NCBI GenBank assembly: GCA_023663285.1 | Contig: JAMPHT010000002.1 | Span: 6,932-70,931, forward strand | Direction: 5' to 3' | DNA: 64,000 nucleotides | Source of the DNA: Bacillota bacterium | GTDB taxonomy: Bacteria > Bacillota > Clostridia > Lachnospirales > Lachnospiraceae | Shown: positions 7,745 through 16,743 of the stretch, piece after piece | How the letters are laid out: every line of letters starts with the position of its first letter | How positions within the stretch are numbered: the stretch's first letter is position 1 | Position numbers and translations under genes: made by a program | Notes under the pieces: model-generated | Databases searched by the model: none | Told to the model about the DNA's origin: nothing | What the model saw: only the letters and a program-made list of their open reading frames with translations

Positions 7745-9796
7745 TTATTGCTTCTGTTTCACGCTGTTTTCCAGCCATCTGTCCAGCAGCGCCTGATCCT
7801 CTCCGGCCATCTCCACTTTAGAAAAGCCCTCTGAAAGCTTTTCAAACTCCCTGTTTATCTCCACGTAGGCCGCATATATTTTTTTATTCAAGGGTATGCC
7901 GCCCTCATTCTGCACATAACATACATCCTGCGCACTATCTGCCAAAAGGTAGACCAACACCTGTATAGCCGCCGCTTTCTCTTCGGCAGACGCAGCTTCG
8001 CTGATACTGAAATAATCCTGAAGCCTGCCCGCCATTCCTTTCGTATCAAAAAAGCCGATCTCATAGATCCCCGGAAGATTAGCCTGTACCCAGCTATATA
8101 CAGAGGTATCCGCTATCAGACAGGCGTTTTCCCCGGATAAAAATCGTTCTTTATCCGACATCGGTCCTCCTGCCGGTTCCAGCTCCTCAAGCAGCGCAAG
8201 ATCCGAAACAGGCTCCTGGGCCTGATACAGGTTATACCATGTCAAAAATCCCTCCTTGCAGACCAGAAAGTCCTCCATCTCCACCAGTTCATTCACCTGC
8301 CTGTTTTCCGTATTTACAAGTGTGTTATAGTAGACCGCAGGCATCTGAAATGCTAAGGGAAGCTGCTTTTTGCTGGGAAAGAATTGCTCATACCTGTTAA
8401 ACAGCCAGTAGTCTCCCGCATTGATAAAATCAAATACGGAAGAGATATCTGCAAGATAAATAAAGTTTTCTTTCATAAGACCGGAGCTGTCAAACAACGT
8501 GGGCAGCGTCTCCTGTTCCATTGCCTCATATATCGCTGTTTCATACTCTTGCTCCTCCATACACTGCACTGTTACCGCGATCTGTGGATACTCCTCCCGA
8601 AATTCAGCAAGCGCCTCTTCCCATATTGCCGCTTTTTCGGATGGCAGCTCTCCCGAATCTGCACAGACCCAAATGGAAATATCTGCAGGCTCCAGTATTG
8701 CCGCGGCTTTTTTCCTCTGCTCCACCACTTTGAGACAACTGAAGATCCCGATAAATGCAACGGCACTGACAGCGGCAATAGATAAGCTTCGGCGAATCTT
8801 TCTTGTCTTTAATTCTTTTCCCACATTGCGGACTGAAGCTTCTCCCAAAAGCGCCTTTTGAAATTCCTCCGCACTCTGAAACCGAAGCTCATATCGCAGC
8901 GCCATAGCCCGCATAATAGCATTATTTAAATTGACCGACATTTCCGGACAGAATTTTTTCGGTTCCGTCAGCAGATCCTCTTCCACTCGATTCACGGATT
9001 CTTCCGGCACATTTCCTGTGACCGCTCTGTACAAGGTAGCCGCTGTTGCATAAATATCTGTCCACGGTCCCTGCCTGCTTTTGGTCTGATATTGTTCAGG
9101 CGGCGCAAAGCCCGGTTTTAAAATGACGGATCTGGTCTTCTCCTCATCCTTTGCGGAAAACCTTGCAGCTCCAAAGTCAATCAGCTTGATATGGCCGTCG
9201 CTGCACATAAAAATGTTATCCGGACTTATATCCCTGTGTAAAATACCATTTTTATGTACCTCTTCAAGAGCCGACAATACAGCCTGCGTCACCTCAAGGG
9301 CTTTCTCCAAAGGAACTCTGCCGCCCTCCGCCTTTATATATTCTTTGTAATTGACTCCATCCAGAAATTCCATGATAATATAAGCAGTATTGTTTTCTTC
9401 AAAAAAGTCATATACATTGATGATGTTAGGATGGGTATTGAACTTTGCCATATTTCTCGCTTCTTCCAAAAAGCGCACTTTACCATTGGCACATTCCCGC
9501 TCCCTGCTCCCGGAATAGATGATCAGTTTCTTTTCTCCCGGCACCCTGTTTACCATCCCTGCCGGATAATATTCCTTTACCGCCACTATCTTTGCCAAAG
9601 TACAGTCCCATGCCTTATAGGTGATTCCAAAGCCGCCGCTTCCTATGGAGACTCCGATTTCATATCTGTCCGCGATCATAGTGCCCGGCGTAAGGAAATA
9701 CAGTTCCTTTGGTTTTGGATCCTTTTCTCCGCCACAATAAGGGCAGATCTCATATTCCTCTTCATATTCTCTCATGCACTGATAACATCTGTTCAT
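7745..9796 (-). CDS. Membrane Ser/Thr kinase with extracellular solute-binding-protein-like domain
   Basis: Start ATG 9796 after GAGG (MNRCYQC..CPYC); GSGGFG, VAVKE, HRDISPDN, DFG, APPE; one TM; ectodomain 'ALAEFREEYPQIAVTV..YETAI..LPTLF' resembles ABC sugar-binding proteins. Confidence 0.88.
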   Translation of the reverse strand: MNRCYQCMREYEEEYEICPYCGGEKDPKPKELYFLTPGTMIADRYEIGVSIGSGGFGITYKAWDCTLAKIVAVKEYYPAGMVNRVPGEKKLIIYSGSRERECANGKVRFLEEARNMAKFNTHPNIINVYDFFEENNTAYIIMEFLDGVNYKEYIKAEGGRVPLEKALEVTQAVLSALEEVHKNGILHRDISPDNIFMCSDGHIKLIDFGAARFSAKDEEKTRSVILKPGFAPPEQYQTKSRQGPWTDIYATAATLYRAVTGNVPEESVNRVEEDLLTEPKKFCPEMSVNLNNAIMRAMALRYELRFQSAEEFQKALLGEASVRNVGKELKTRKIRRSLSIAAVSAVAFIGIFSCLKVVEQRKKAAAILEPADISIWVCADSGELPSEKAAIWEEALAEFREEYPQIAVTVQCMEEQEYETAIYEAMEQETLPTLFDSSGLMKENFIYLADISSVFDFINAGDYWLFNRYEQFFPSKKQLPLAFQMPAVYYNTLVNTENRQVNELVEMEDFLVCKEGFLTWYNLYQAQEPVSDLALLEELEPAGGPMSDKERFLSGENACLIADTSVYSWVQANLPGIYEIGFFDTKGMAGRLQDYFSISEAASAEEKAAAIQVLVYLLADSAQDVCYVQNEGGIPLNKKIYAAYVEINREFEKLSEGFSKVEMAGEDQALLDRWLENSVKQKQ

Positions 9797-9934
9797 TGTT
9801 CCTGTCCTCATAAGCAAGCATGAAAACAAACTTTCATACAAAATTTGACATAGCCCTTTTGCGGGCAATATTGCTTTAATAAGAAGTATGCCAAAATGGA
9901 ATCATAGAATCAGAAGAAAAGAGGTGTTCTGTCT

Positions 9935-10135
9935 ATGATTAGTTATCAGCCCCTTTGGCATACGTTAAAGGAAAAAGATATTTCCCAATATGATTTGATC
10001 AAAAGATACGGCATCAGCACAGGGCAGCTGGACCGACTGCGGAAAAACAATCCCGTAAGCACTGCTACCATCGATAATCTGTGTACAATATTACATTGTA
10101 ATGTTGCAGAAATCATGGAATACAAATCAAATTGA
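9935..10135 (+). CDS. XRE/Cro-C1-type HTH regulator, divergent from the kinase operon
   Basis: MISYQPLWHTLKEKDISQYDL..TIDNLCTILHCNVAEIME; RBS GAGGTG. Confidence 0.85.
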   Translation: MISYQPLWHTLKEKDISQYDLIKRYGISTGQLDRLRKNNPVSTATIDNLCTILHCNVAEIMEYKSN

Positions 10136-10303
10136 TTTCCAACGGCATCATTATAGCCCATATTCGGACAATATTCAATCTTTTTTTCACCCCTATATCA
10201 AACCAGCTTTTTAGCATATTAAAAAACGCTGTAAAAAACACATATAATAATGTTGTTTTCCATAGCGTTTTACTTTTGAATGATCTCAGACCTTATTTTG
10301 ATT

Positions 10304-10606
10304 TTATGTTTCAAATATCCTTGTAATATCCTGATATCGATTTAATATTCGATAAATTTCCACTGTATCTTCATTTACCTTATATAAGATAACATAATCT
10401 TCCCATACTACATATTTATATTCGTTTTTAAAACTCACCCTTTTTGACAAATCAACACCTATATAAGGAAATTGCTGTATGTACTCAAACTGATCATAAA
10501 TCTTCTGTACTGTTTCTAATGCCTTATCTGTATTATCCTCTGCAATAAAATCTTTGATTGCTTTTAAGTCAACTGCCACTAACGGATTGATCCGTAATTT
10601 CATCAT
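10304..10606 (-). CDS. Type II TA toxin, RelE/ParE family
   Basis: A..DL..IKDFIAEDN..A..QFPYIG..YVILYKV..VEIYRIL; lies directly downstream of the antitoxin. Confidence 0.88.
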   Translation of the reverse strand: MMKLRINPLVAVDLKAIKDFIAEDNTDKALETVQKIYDQFEYIQQFPYIGVDLSKRVSFKNEYKYVVWEDYVILYKVNEDTVEIYRILNRYQDITRIFET

Positions 10607-10609
10607 ACT

Positions 10610-10858
10610 CTATGCCCCTATTATCGCTTTCAGTTCATCTAATGACAGCCAATTATTCCCGTCTTGGACAGCATTTTCTGCCTCTTGTAATTTCTCTATA
10701 AGTTTTTTCTCTGCTCGATCGCGCTCATAATCTTCTATGTCCATTACCACAAATCTTCCCCTGCCGTTCTTCGTCAGAAAAACAGGCTCTCCTACCTGAC
10801 AATTCTTTAACACCTCGTTATAGTTTCTCAACTCTGACACCGGTAATATATTTGGCAT
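10610..10858 (-). CDS. Type II TA antitoxin, Phd/YefM family
   Basis: MPNILPVSELRNYNEVL..PVFLTKNGRG..VVMDIEDYE; start ATG 10858. Confidence 0.9.
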   Translation of the reverse strand: MPNILPVSELRNYNEVLKNCQVGEPVFLTKNGRGRFVVMDIEDYERDRAEKKLIEKLQEAENAVQDGNNWLSLDELKAIIGA

Positions 10859-10946
10859 AATCTCAATCCTTTCACGCTTAGCGTACAAACAATTATTTAC
10901 ACACTCCTATTATAACCAAAAATGTTGCAAAAAACAACGAAGAATT

Positions 10947-12467
10947 TTACAACGATCCCCTCTTTTCATATCTGCCTTCCAGCCACCACACCGCTTTGCC
11001 GGCCCTGTACAGTCCCAGCTTTTCCAAAATACCTTCCACTGCCGGACAGTTCTGCGGCACATGGCAGTATGGTTTCCGGCCCTGCTCCAGAATGCGATTT
11101 ATCTGATAAGATATAAGTGATCTTCCAATCCCAAGTCCCCGGTATGCCTCCTCCACATACAGCATTCCCATACCGCCTGCGTCATGAACGCCGATAAAGC
11201 CTGTCAATCTGCCGTCCGTATACGCGCCGTACATTGCACCTGCCTGAATACGCTCTGCCACATATTTTTCCACACTTTTTTCCGCTCCCGGCCGAGCATT
11301 TCCCGCCTCCGGCCGATAGTGTGCGCTGACATATGCCAAGTCAGCCTCTGTCAGCCTGCGAATGTCCTTATGCCGTACCGGCAGCGCCTTCCCCATGGTA
11401 TACAAATACTGGCTGCATTTTCCAAGTTCTCTGAATCCTCCGCCTTTCAGTTCCTCCGCAAGCTGCTCCTGAAGGACCGCAATCCGCCATGGAGACTCTG
11501 AAACTCCCAAACACTCATGCAGTCTCCGCCTCTTCGGCAGCCCGGACTTCTTCCATAACTCCTGCTCCGTCGGCAGCACCAACCGCCTTGTAATCTCCGC
11601 CGACAGTTCCTCCGGCCCACATATGCCCTCTTCCCAGAGAAGCATACAGACCCCTGCCTCCCTGTCCGCCACAAGCAGCCGCTCCCCTTCCCGATACAGG
11701 ATCTCTCCCCGGCCGCTGTCAAGGCTCTCCATGATATGGATATGATTTCGTTTTTCCTTTGCCAGCTTTTTGATGACCGCCTGCTTCTCCTCGTATTTCC
11801 GGTACAGATCCGGGCGCACTGCGGCGGTGCGCTCCTTTGCCCGCTCCAGCCTCCACTGATCCACCCTGCCGTGGTTGCCGGACAACAGCACCTCCGGCAC
11901 CTTCTTTCCATGCCATATTTCCGGGCGGGAGTATTGCGGATATTCCAGCAAATCTCCGTGAAAGCTTTCCGCCTCCGCAGAGGTCTCATTTCCCAGAACG
12001 CCGGGCACCAGCCTGGCTACCGCGTCCACTATCACCATGGCGGCAAGCTCCCCGCCGGTGAGCACATAGTCTCCTATGGAAATATGATCCGTTACAGTCT
12101 CCTCCAGCACCCTTTCGTCGATCCCCTCATAATGGCCGCAGAGAATGACAAGCTCCTCTTCTCCTGCCAGTTCCCTGGCTTTCCTCTGGGTAAAGGGTTC
12201 CCCCTGGGGAGTGACATACACTGTGCGGAGGCGGCACGCCCCGCAGACAGACTTCCATGCATCAAAAACAGGCTGGGCCTGCATCAGCATACCCGCGCCG
12301 CCGCCATAGGGATAATCGTCCACTCTGCCGTGTTTCTCACTGGTATGATCCCGGATATCGACCGTATTCAGTTCAATCAGCCCTCTGCCCAGCGCCCGCC
12401 CTATGATGCTGGTCTCCAGGCCCTGCCGGATCATCTCCGGAAAAAGCGTTAATATGTGAAATTTCAT
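10947..12467 (-). CDS. trmD: tRNA (guanine37-N1)-methyltransferase TrmD fused to a C-terminal GNAT acetyltransferase domain
   Basis: MKFHILTLFPEM, DDYPYGGGAGM, CGHYEGIDER, SIGDYVLTGGE; C-terminal LYVEEAYRGLGIG acetyl-CoA motif; ATGA overlap with rimM. Confidence 0.95.
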   Translation of the reverse strand: MKFHILTLFPEMIRQGLETSIIGRALGRGLIELNTVDIRDHTSEKHGRVDDYPYGGGAGMLMQAQPVFDAWKSVCGACRLRTVYVTPQGEPFTQRKARELAGEEELVILCGHYEGIDERVLEETVTDHISIGDYVLTGGELAAMVIVDAVARLVPGVLGNETSAEAESFHGDLLEYPQYSRPEIWHGKKVPEVLLSGNHGRVDQWRLERAKERTAAVRPDLYRKYEEKQAVIKKLAKEKRNHIHIMESLDSGRGEILYREGERLLVADREAGVCMLLWEEGICGPEELSAEITRRLVLPTEQELWKKSGLPKRRRLHECLGVSESPWRIAVLQEQLAEELKGGGFRELGKCSQYLYTMGKALPVRHKDIRRLTEADLAYVSAHYRPEAGNARPGAEKSVEKYVAERIQAGAMYGAYTDGRLTGFIGVHDAGGMGMLYVEEAYRGLGIGRSLISYQINRILEQGRKPYCHVPQNCPAVEGILEKLGLYRAGKAVWWLEGRYEKRGSL

Positions 12468-12970
12468 AGCAGCCCTTCCAGAATGTGGATTCTGATAAAG
12501 CCCGCCTCCACGTCCACCTCCAGGACACATTGCCTGATTGCGGGCAGAAGCAGTTCTCTCCCGTCGTCCAAATCAATAGCATACACATCGTTAGCCCCTG
12601 TGGTTATCACATCCCGCAGGCTGCCTATCTCGCCGCCGTCTTCATTCTGCACCCTCAGTCCTATCAGATCGGCCACAAAGTACTCGTCTTTTTCCAGTCT
12701 GACCGCATTTTTCCTGGTGACCAGAAGGGACGCCCTGCGGTATTTTTCCACATCGTTTATGTTATCTATTCCCCTGAATTTCAGGATAACAAACTGTTTA
12801 AAAAATTTTACGCCCTCTATCTCAAGGTCAAGACGTTCCTTTCCCGTATCCAGAATCACTGCTTTCAGACGCTTAAACCGTTTGGGGTCATCTGTGGTGG
12901 GAAACACCTTCACTTCTCCCTTTATCCCATGGGTAGAAGCGATCACTCCCACCTGAAAATACTCTTCCAT
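12464..12970 (-). CDS. rimM: 16S rRNA processing protein RimM
   Basis: VGVIASTHGIKGEVKV, TGANDVY, LLLPAI; GGAGG RBS before ATG 12970. Confidence 0.96.
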   Translation of the reverse strand: MEEYFQVGVIASTHGIKGEVKVFPTTDDPKRFKRLKAVILDTGKERLDLEIEGVKFFKQFVILKFRGIDNINDVEKYRRASLLVTRKNAVRLEKDEYFVADLIGLRVQNEDGGEIGSLRDVITTGANDVYAIDLDDGRELLLPAIRQCVLEVDVEAGFIRIHILEGLL

Positions 12971-13143
12971 GCAAACCTCCATGCCTTTCCCTGCTGTGCC
13001 CGGCTCTGCCATTCCTATATGCAGACTCGAAACGCTTAGCGTTTCTCGTTCGCGTTGCTCCCCGGATACAGCAGGCTGCCTGTATCCATACAGGCATGAT
13101 ATATGCCTCTGCTGCGCCCGGCTCCGTATATACGTATAAGCAG

Positions 13144-13176
13144 AACAGGGAGGAACAAGGTCTGTTCCTCCCCGTT
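13144..13176 (-). terminator. Stem-loop downstream of khpA (probable terminator/attenuator)
   Basis: GGGAGGAACA / TGTTCCTCCC inverted repeat. Confidence 0.55.
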
Positions 13177-13182
13177 TTACCA

Positions 13183-13410
13183 CTATACGATTTCAACATC
13201 CACTCTTTTGTTATCTTTGGATGATGCAGCCTTCACAACAGCGCGGATCGCCTTTGCGATCCTGCCCTGCTTGCCGATAACCTTACCCATATCGGACGCA
13301 GCTACATGAAGTTCGATGACTGTATTTCTGCCTTCGGTCTTCTCGGTCACAATAACCTCATCCGGATTGTCTACAAGTGCTTTCGCCACTACTTCAACTA
13401 ATTCCTTCAT
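13183..13410 (-). CDS. khpA: KH-domain RNA-binding protein KhpA (YlqC)
   Basis: DMGKVIGKQGRIAKAIR; rpsP-khpA-rimM-trmD synteny. Confidence 0.95.
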   Translation of the reverse strand: MKELVEVVAKALVDNPDEVIVTEKTEGRNTVIELHVAASDMGKVIGKQGRIAKAIRAVVKAASSKDNKRVDVEIV

Positions 13411-13434
13411 AAGCCACCTCCAAAGAATCAAAAT

Positions 13435-13680
13435 TTATTTTTCGATACCAGCCACCTTGAACAGCTTCGCCACCTGCTCGGTAGGCTGAGCGCCGTTAGC
13501 CAACCACTTCTTAGCCAGCTCCTCGTTTACCTTGAAGGTGCTGGGATTAGTACTGGGATCGTAGGTGCCGATCTCCTCAATAAATCTTCCGTCTCTGGGG
13601 GAACGAGAATCAGCTACAACGATTCTATAATAAGGAGCTTTCTTCTGTCCCATTCTTCTCAACCTGATTTTTACTGCCAT
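13435..13680 (-). CDS. rpsP: 30S ribosomal protein S16
   Basis: [35 protein letters not shown]. Confidence 0.99.
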   Translation of the reverse strand: MAVKIRLRRMGQKKAPYYRIVVADSRSPRDGRFIEEIGTYDPSTNPSTFKVNEELAKKWLANGAQPTEQVAKLFKVAGIEK

Positions 13681-13786
13681 TGCTTTTTCCTCCATCCATT
13701 ACTTTTTGTATTGGTTATTTTAGGCTTTCGCCCTGTATATGAACAGGCTTCCCGCCTGACGGCGTTCACCCATATCCATCCTGCCC

Positions 13787-15154
13787 TTAAAACGGAAATC
13801 CGCCCTTCATGCCGGGGAATCCGCCGAACATCCCCCGCCCGTGCTTTCCGCCGCCTCCAAACTGCTTCATCAGCTTCTGGCTCTGCTCAAACTGCTTGAT
13901 AAAACGGTTCACCACCGCGATATCCACTCCGGAACCTTTGGCGATACGATGCTTTCTCTGGGGGTTCAGCAGTTTGGGATTCCGCCGCTCCTCCTTCGTC
14001 ATGGAAAGGACGATAGCCTCCGACTGCCGCAGCTGCCTGTCGGATGCCTCCGAGTCGATATCGCCGCCTTTGATCCCCATGCCGGGCAGCATCCCCAGAA
14101 TACTTGACAGGCCGCCCATATTCCGCATCTGCTTCATGCTTTCCAGGTAATCCTCAAAGTCGAACTTCCCCTTCTTCATCCGGCCCGCCATCTCGCGGCT
14201 TTTTTCCTCATCTATATCAATGCTTTCCTGAGCCTTCTCGATCAGAGACAGCACATCCCCCATGCCTAAGATTCTGTTTGCCATACGGTCCGGGTAAAAC
14301 TGCTCCATATCCGAAAGCTTCTCACCCATACTGACGTACAGGATCGGTTTTCCGGTGACAGCCTTTATGGAGAGGGCCGCGCCACCTCTGGTGTCTCCGT
14401 CCATCTTGGAGAGAATGACGCCGTCTATTCCCACCTTTTCATCAAATTCCCTGGCCACGTTCACGGCGTCCTGTCCGGTCATGGCGTCCACCACCAGCAG
14501 CGTCTGATGTACCGCTACGCTGCTTTTGATCTCCTGCAGCTCCGCCATCATATCCTCGTCAATGTGAAGCCGTCCCGCAGTATCTAAGATCACCACATTG
14601 TGACCGTTCTTTTCCGCATGGGCAATGGCTGCCCTCGCGATCTCCACCGGCTTGTGATCCGTTCCCATCTGGAACACATCCACTTCCTGCTTCCGACCGT
14701 TGATCTCAAGCTGCTCCACCGCCGCCGGTCTGTATATATCGCAGGCTACAAGCAGGGATTTCTTACCCTTCGTCTTAAGCTTTCCGGCTATCTTTGCAAC
14801 AGCAGTAGTCTTACCTGCACCCTGGAGACCCGCCATCATGATGACAGTGACAGCCTTTCCCGGCTGCATGGCGATCTCCGTAGTCTCGCTCCCCATAAGG
14901 GCAATCATCTCTTCGTTTACGATCTTGATGACCATCTGGCCGGGATTCAGTCCGTTCATCACGTCCTGACCAATCGCGCGCTCCTCCACGGCCTTGACAA
15001 ACTGCTTCACCACCTTGAAGTTGACATCCGCCTCCAACAGCGCCATCTTGACTTCCTTCAACGCCGCCTTGACATCCGCCTCGGTAAGCCTGCCCTTACT
15101 GCGCAGATTTTTAAATACCTTCTGTAATTTGTCCGTTAAACTTTCAAATGCCAC
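13787..15154 (-). CDS. ffh: Signal recognition particle protein Ffh
   Basis: GTG start after AAGGAG; GLQGAGKTT, DTAGR, Met-rich M domain, RIAKGSG. Confidence 0.98.
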   Translation of the reverse strand: MAFESLTDKLQKVFKNLRSKGRLTEADVKAALKEVKMALLEADVNFKVVKQFVKAVEERAIGQDVMNGLNPGQMVIKIVNEEMIALMGSETTEIAMQPGKAVTVIMMAGLQGAGKTTAVAKIAGKLKTKGKKSLLVACDIYRPAAVEQLEINGRKQEVDVFQMGTDHKPVEIARAAIAHAEKNGHNVVILDTAGRLHIDEDMMAELQEIKSSVAVHQTLLVVDAMTGQDAVNVAREFDEKVGIDGVILSKMDGDTRGGAALSIKAVTGKPILYVSMGEKLSDMEQFYPDRMANRILGMGDVLSLIEKAQESIDIDEEKSREMAGRMKKGKFDFEDYLESMKQMRNMGGLSSILGMLPGMGIKGGDIDSEASDRQLRQSEAIVLSMTKEERRNPKLLNPQRKHRIAKGSGVDIAVVNRFIKQFEQSQKLMKQFGGGGKHGRGMFGGFPGMKGGFPF

Positions 15155-15229
15155 CTGCGACTCCTTATATATCTTTATTCCCGTGAGCAATGAGCCAAGC
15201 GGCCATGCCGCAATTCTTTGACCCTGCTT

Positions 15230-15277
15230 ATACTACTACATAAAAGAAAAGGTGTCAAGTATTTTTTCTTGACACCT
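15230..15277 (-). promoter_or_regulatory. Palindrome AGGTGTCAAG-N8-CTTGACACCT overlapping a candidate sigmaA promoter (TTGACA-17-TAGTAT) for ffh
   Basis: Perfect 10-bp inverted repeat 15250-15277; one arm is the -35 hexamer. Confidence 0.55.
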
Positions 15278-15289
15278 GCCTTTTTGTTA

Positions 15290-15703
15290 TTACAGCTCTT
15301 CCAGCAATTCCTTTGACAGTTCCCCGATACGCCGCAGCCTGTTCCGCAATTCCTGCTCTCCGTCTGTTTCCGGTGTTTCCTCTGTTCCGGGTATCCTCAC
15401 TGTCTCCGCCGCTTTCAGATCCTCCCTCGGTACTGCTTCGGACAACTCCTGGATCTCCCTGACCGTCTCCTTTGCTCTGGCGAACCGCTCCACCAGATGA
15501 AGCTTTTCTTCATAATCCCGCAGTATCCTGTCGCATCTTTTGATGAGATCATGTACGCCCTGCCTGCTGATGCCTCTCTCCTCGGCAATTTCTCCAAGAG
15601 ACAGATCATTGTACACCGCGTCAATATATACCGAGCGCTGATGCTCTGTCAGCAGTTCTCCATAAAAATCAAACAGCATGGTCTGCTCGTAGATCTTATC
15701 CAT
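15290..15703 (-). CDS. ylxM: YlxM family DNA-binding/SRP-associated protein
   Basis: [37 protein letters not shown]; upstream of ffh. Confidence 0.95.
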   Translation of the reverse strand: MDKIYEQTMLFDFYGELLTEHQRSVYIDAVYNDLSLGEIAEERGISRQGVHDLIKRCDRILRDYEEKLHLVERFARAKETVREIQELSEAVPREDLKAAETVRIPGTEETPETDGEQELRNRLRRIGELSKELLEEL

Positions 15704-15810
15704 TTTACCTGACCGCCTCCGACTTCCTTTACGACTATTCCCGGCGGCCGCCCGGTGTGCAACAGCCGTCCGGCTTACCGCAGGACTAAAACGTTATGAG
15801 TGCCCTCTGC

Positions 15811-16734
15811 CTACAGCTTCTCACTGTAAATACTCTTGTACCCTTCTCCGAAGATCTCCGTAGCGCCGGTGACGATCATAAACGCTCCCGGATCTTCCTC
15901 CCGCACGATGATCTCCGTCCGGGGAGAAATCTGCTTTTTCATGACGCACATAATGACTTTCTTTTCCTTGCCGCTATATGCGCCTGAGCCGGAAATATAA
16001 GTCACGCCGATGTCCAACTCCTCCAGCAGACGCTTTGTGATGGCCTCATGCCTGTCGCTGATGATAAAAACCAACTTTGCCCCATCTCTTCCGTACAGCA
16101 CCACATCCAGCAGAACAGAGTTGATAAATACCACCAGCCCTGCATACAACGCCACATCCAGATTCTTGAACACAAGAGCCGACGCCGCCACGATCAGGGC
16201 ATCCGTGATCAGGAACAGAACGCCTGTCTTAAGATGCGGGAAACGAAGCCGTAGCAGTTTAACGATAATATCCGTTCCGCCGGTGGTTGCGCCCGCCTTA
16301 AATACCAGGCCGATACCGACCGCCATCAGCGCTCCGCCTGCCACCGCCGCCAGAAAGGGATCCGTGGTGGCCGGGCCAAGGGGCGCAAGCAGATTGATAA
16401 GCCCTGACGTAAGCGCCGTGCAGTACATGGTGGAAAGAATAAAGCGCCAGCCGAATTTCCAGGTGCCCACCGCAATAATGGGAATATTGATGCACAATAC
16501 CAGCGTACCGGTCTCCAGCCCCGTTATCCGGTTCAAAATAATGGCAATGCCCGTGACGCCTCCGGGCGCCAGGGCATTGGGATCCAGAAACAGGCTGACT
16601 GCCGCGGAATACAGCAGAGACGCTATTGTGATTTCCACATAATCCATCACCCGGCGTCTGATGGTCTTTTTCTCTTCAAATTTAATTTCTGCCTGCTGTT
16701 CCTTGGTCATCGACATATATTTGATTCTCCGCAA
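15811..16734 (-). CDS. YitT family membrane protein
   Basis: APGGVTGIAI, GATTGGTDI, C-terminal GAYSG..DPGAF..EIFGEG. Confidence 0.9.
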   Translation of the reverse strand: MRRIKYMSMTKEQQAEIKFEEKKTIRRRVMDYVEITIASLLYSAAVSLFLDPNALAPGGVTGIAIILNRITGLETGTLVLCINIPIIAVGTWKFGWRFILSTMYCTALTSGLINLLAPLGPATTDPFLAAVAGGALMAVGIGLVFKAGATTGGTDIIVKLLRLRFPHLKTGVLFLITDALIVAASALVFKNLDVALYAGLVVFINSVLLDVVLYGRDGAKLVFIISDRHEAITKRLLEELDIGVTYISGSGAYSGKEKKVIMCVMKKQISPRTEIIVREEDPGAFMIVTGATEIFGEGYKSIYSEKL

Positions 16735-16743
16735 ATAAACACT

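Noticed and set aside
7130-9240. HRDIAPDN/HRDISPDN loops (no Lys) as a sign of pseudokinases
   Set aside because: The Gly loop, VAxK, HRD, Asn, DFG and APE-like motifs are intact; this loop variant is common in bacterial Ser/Thr kinases.
10132-10326. 64-aa plus-strand ORF after the XRE gene
   Set aside because: Non-ATG start, no RBS, AT-rich, no recognisable motif.
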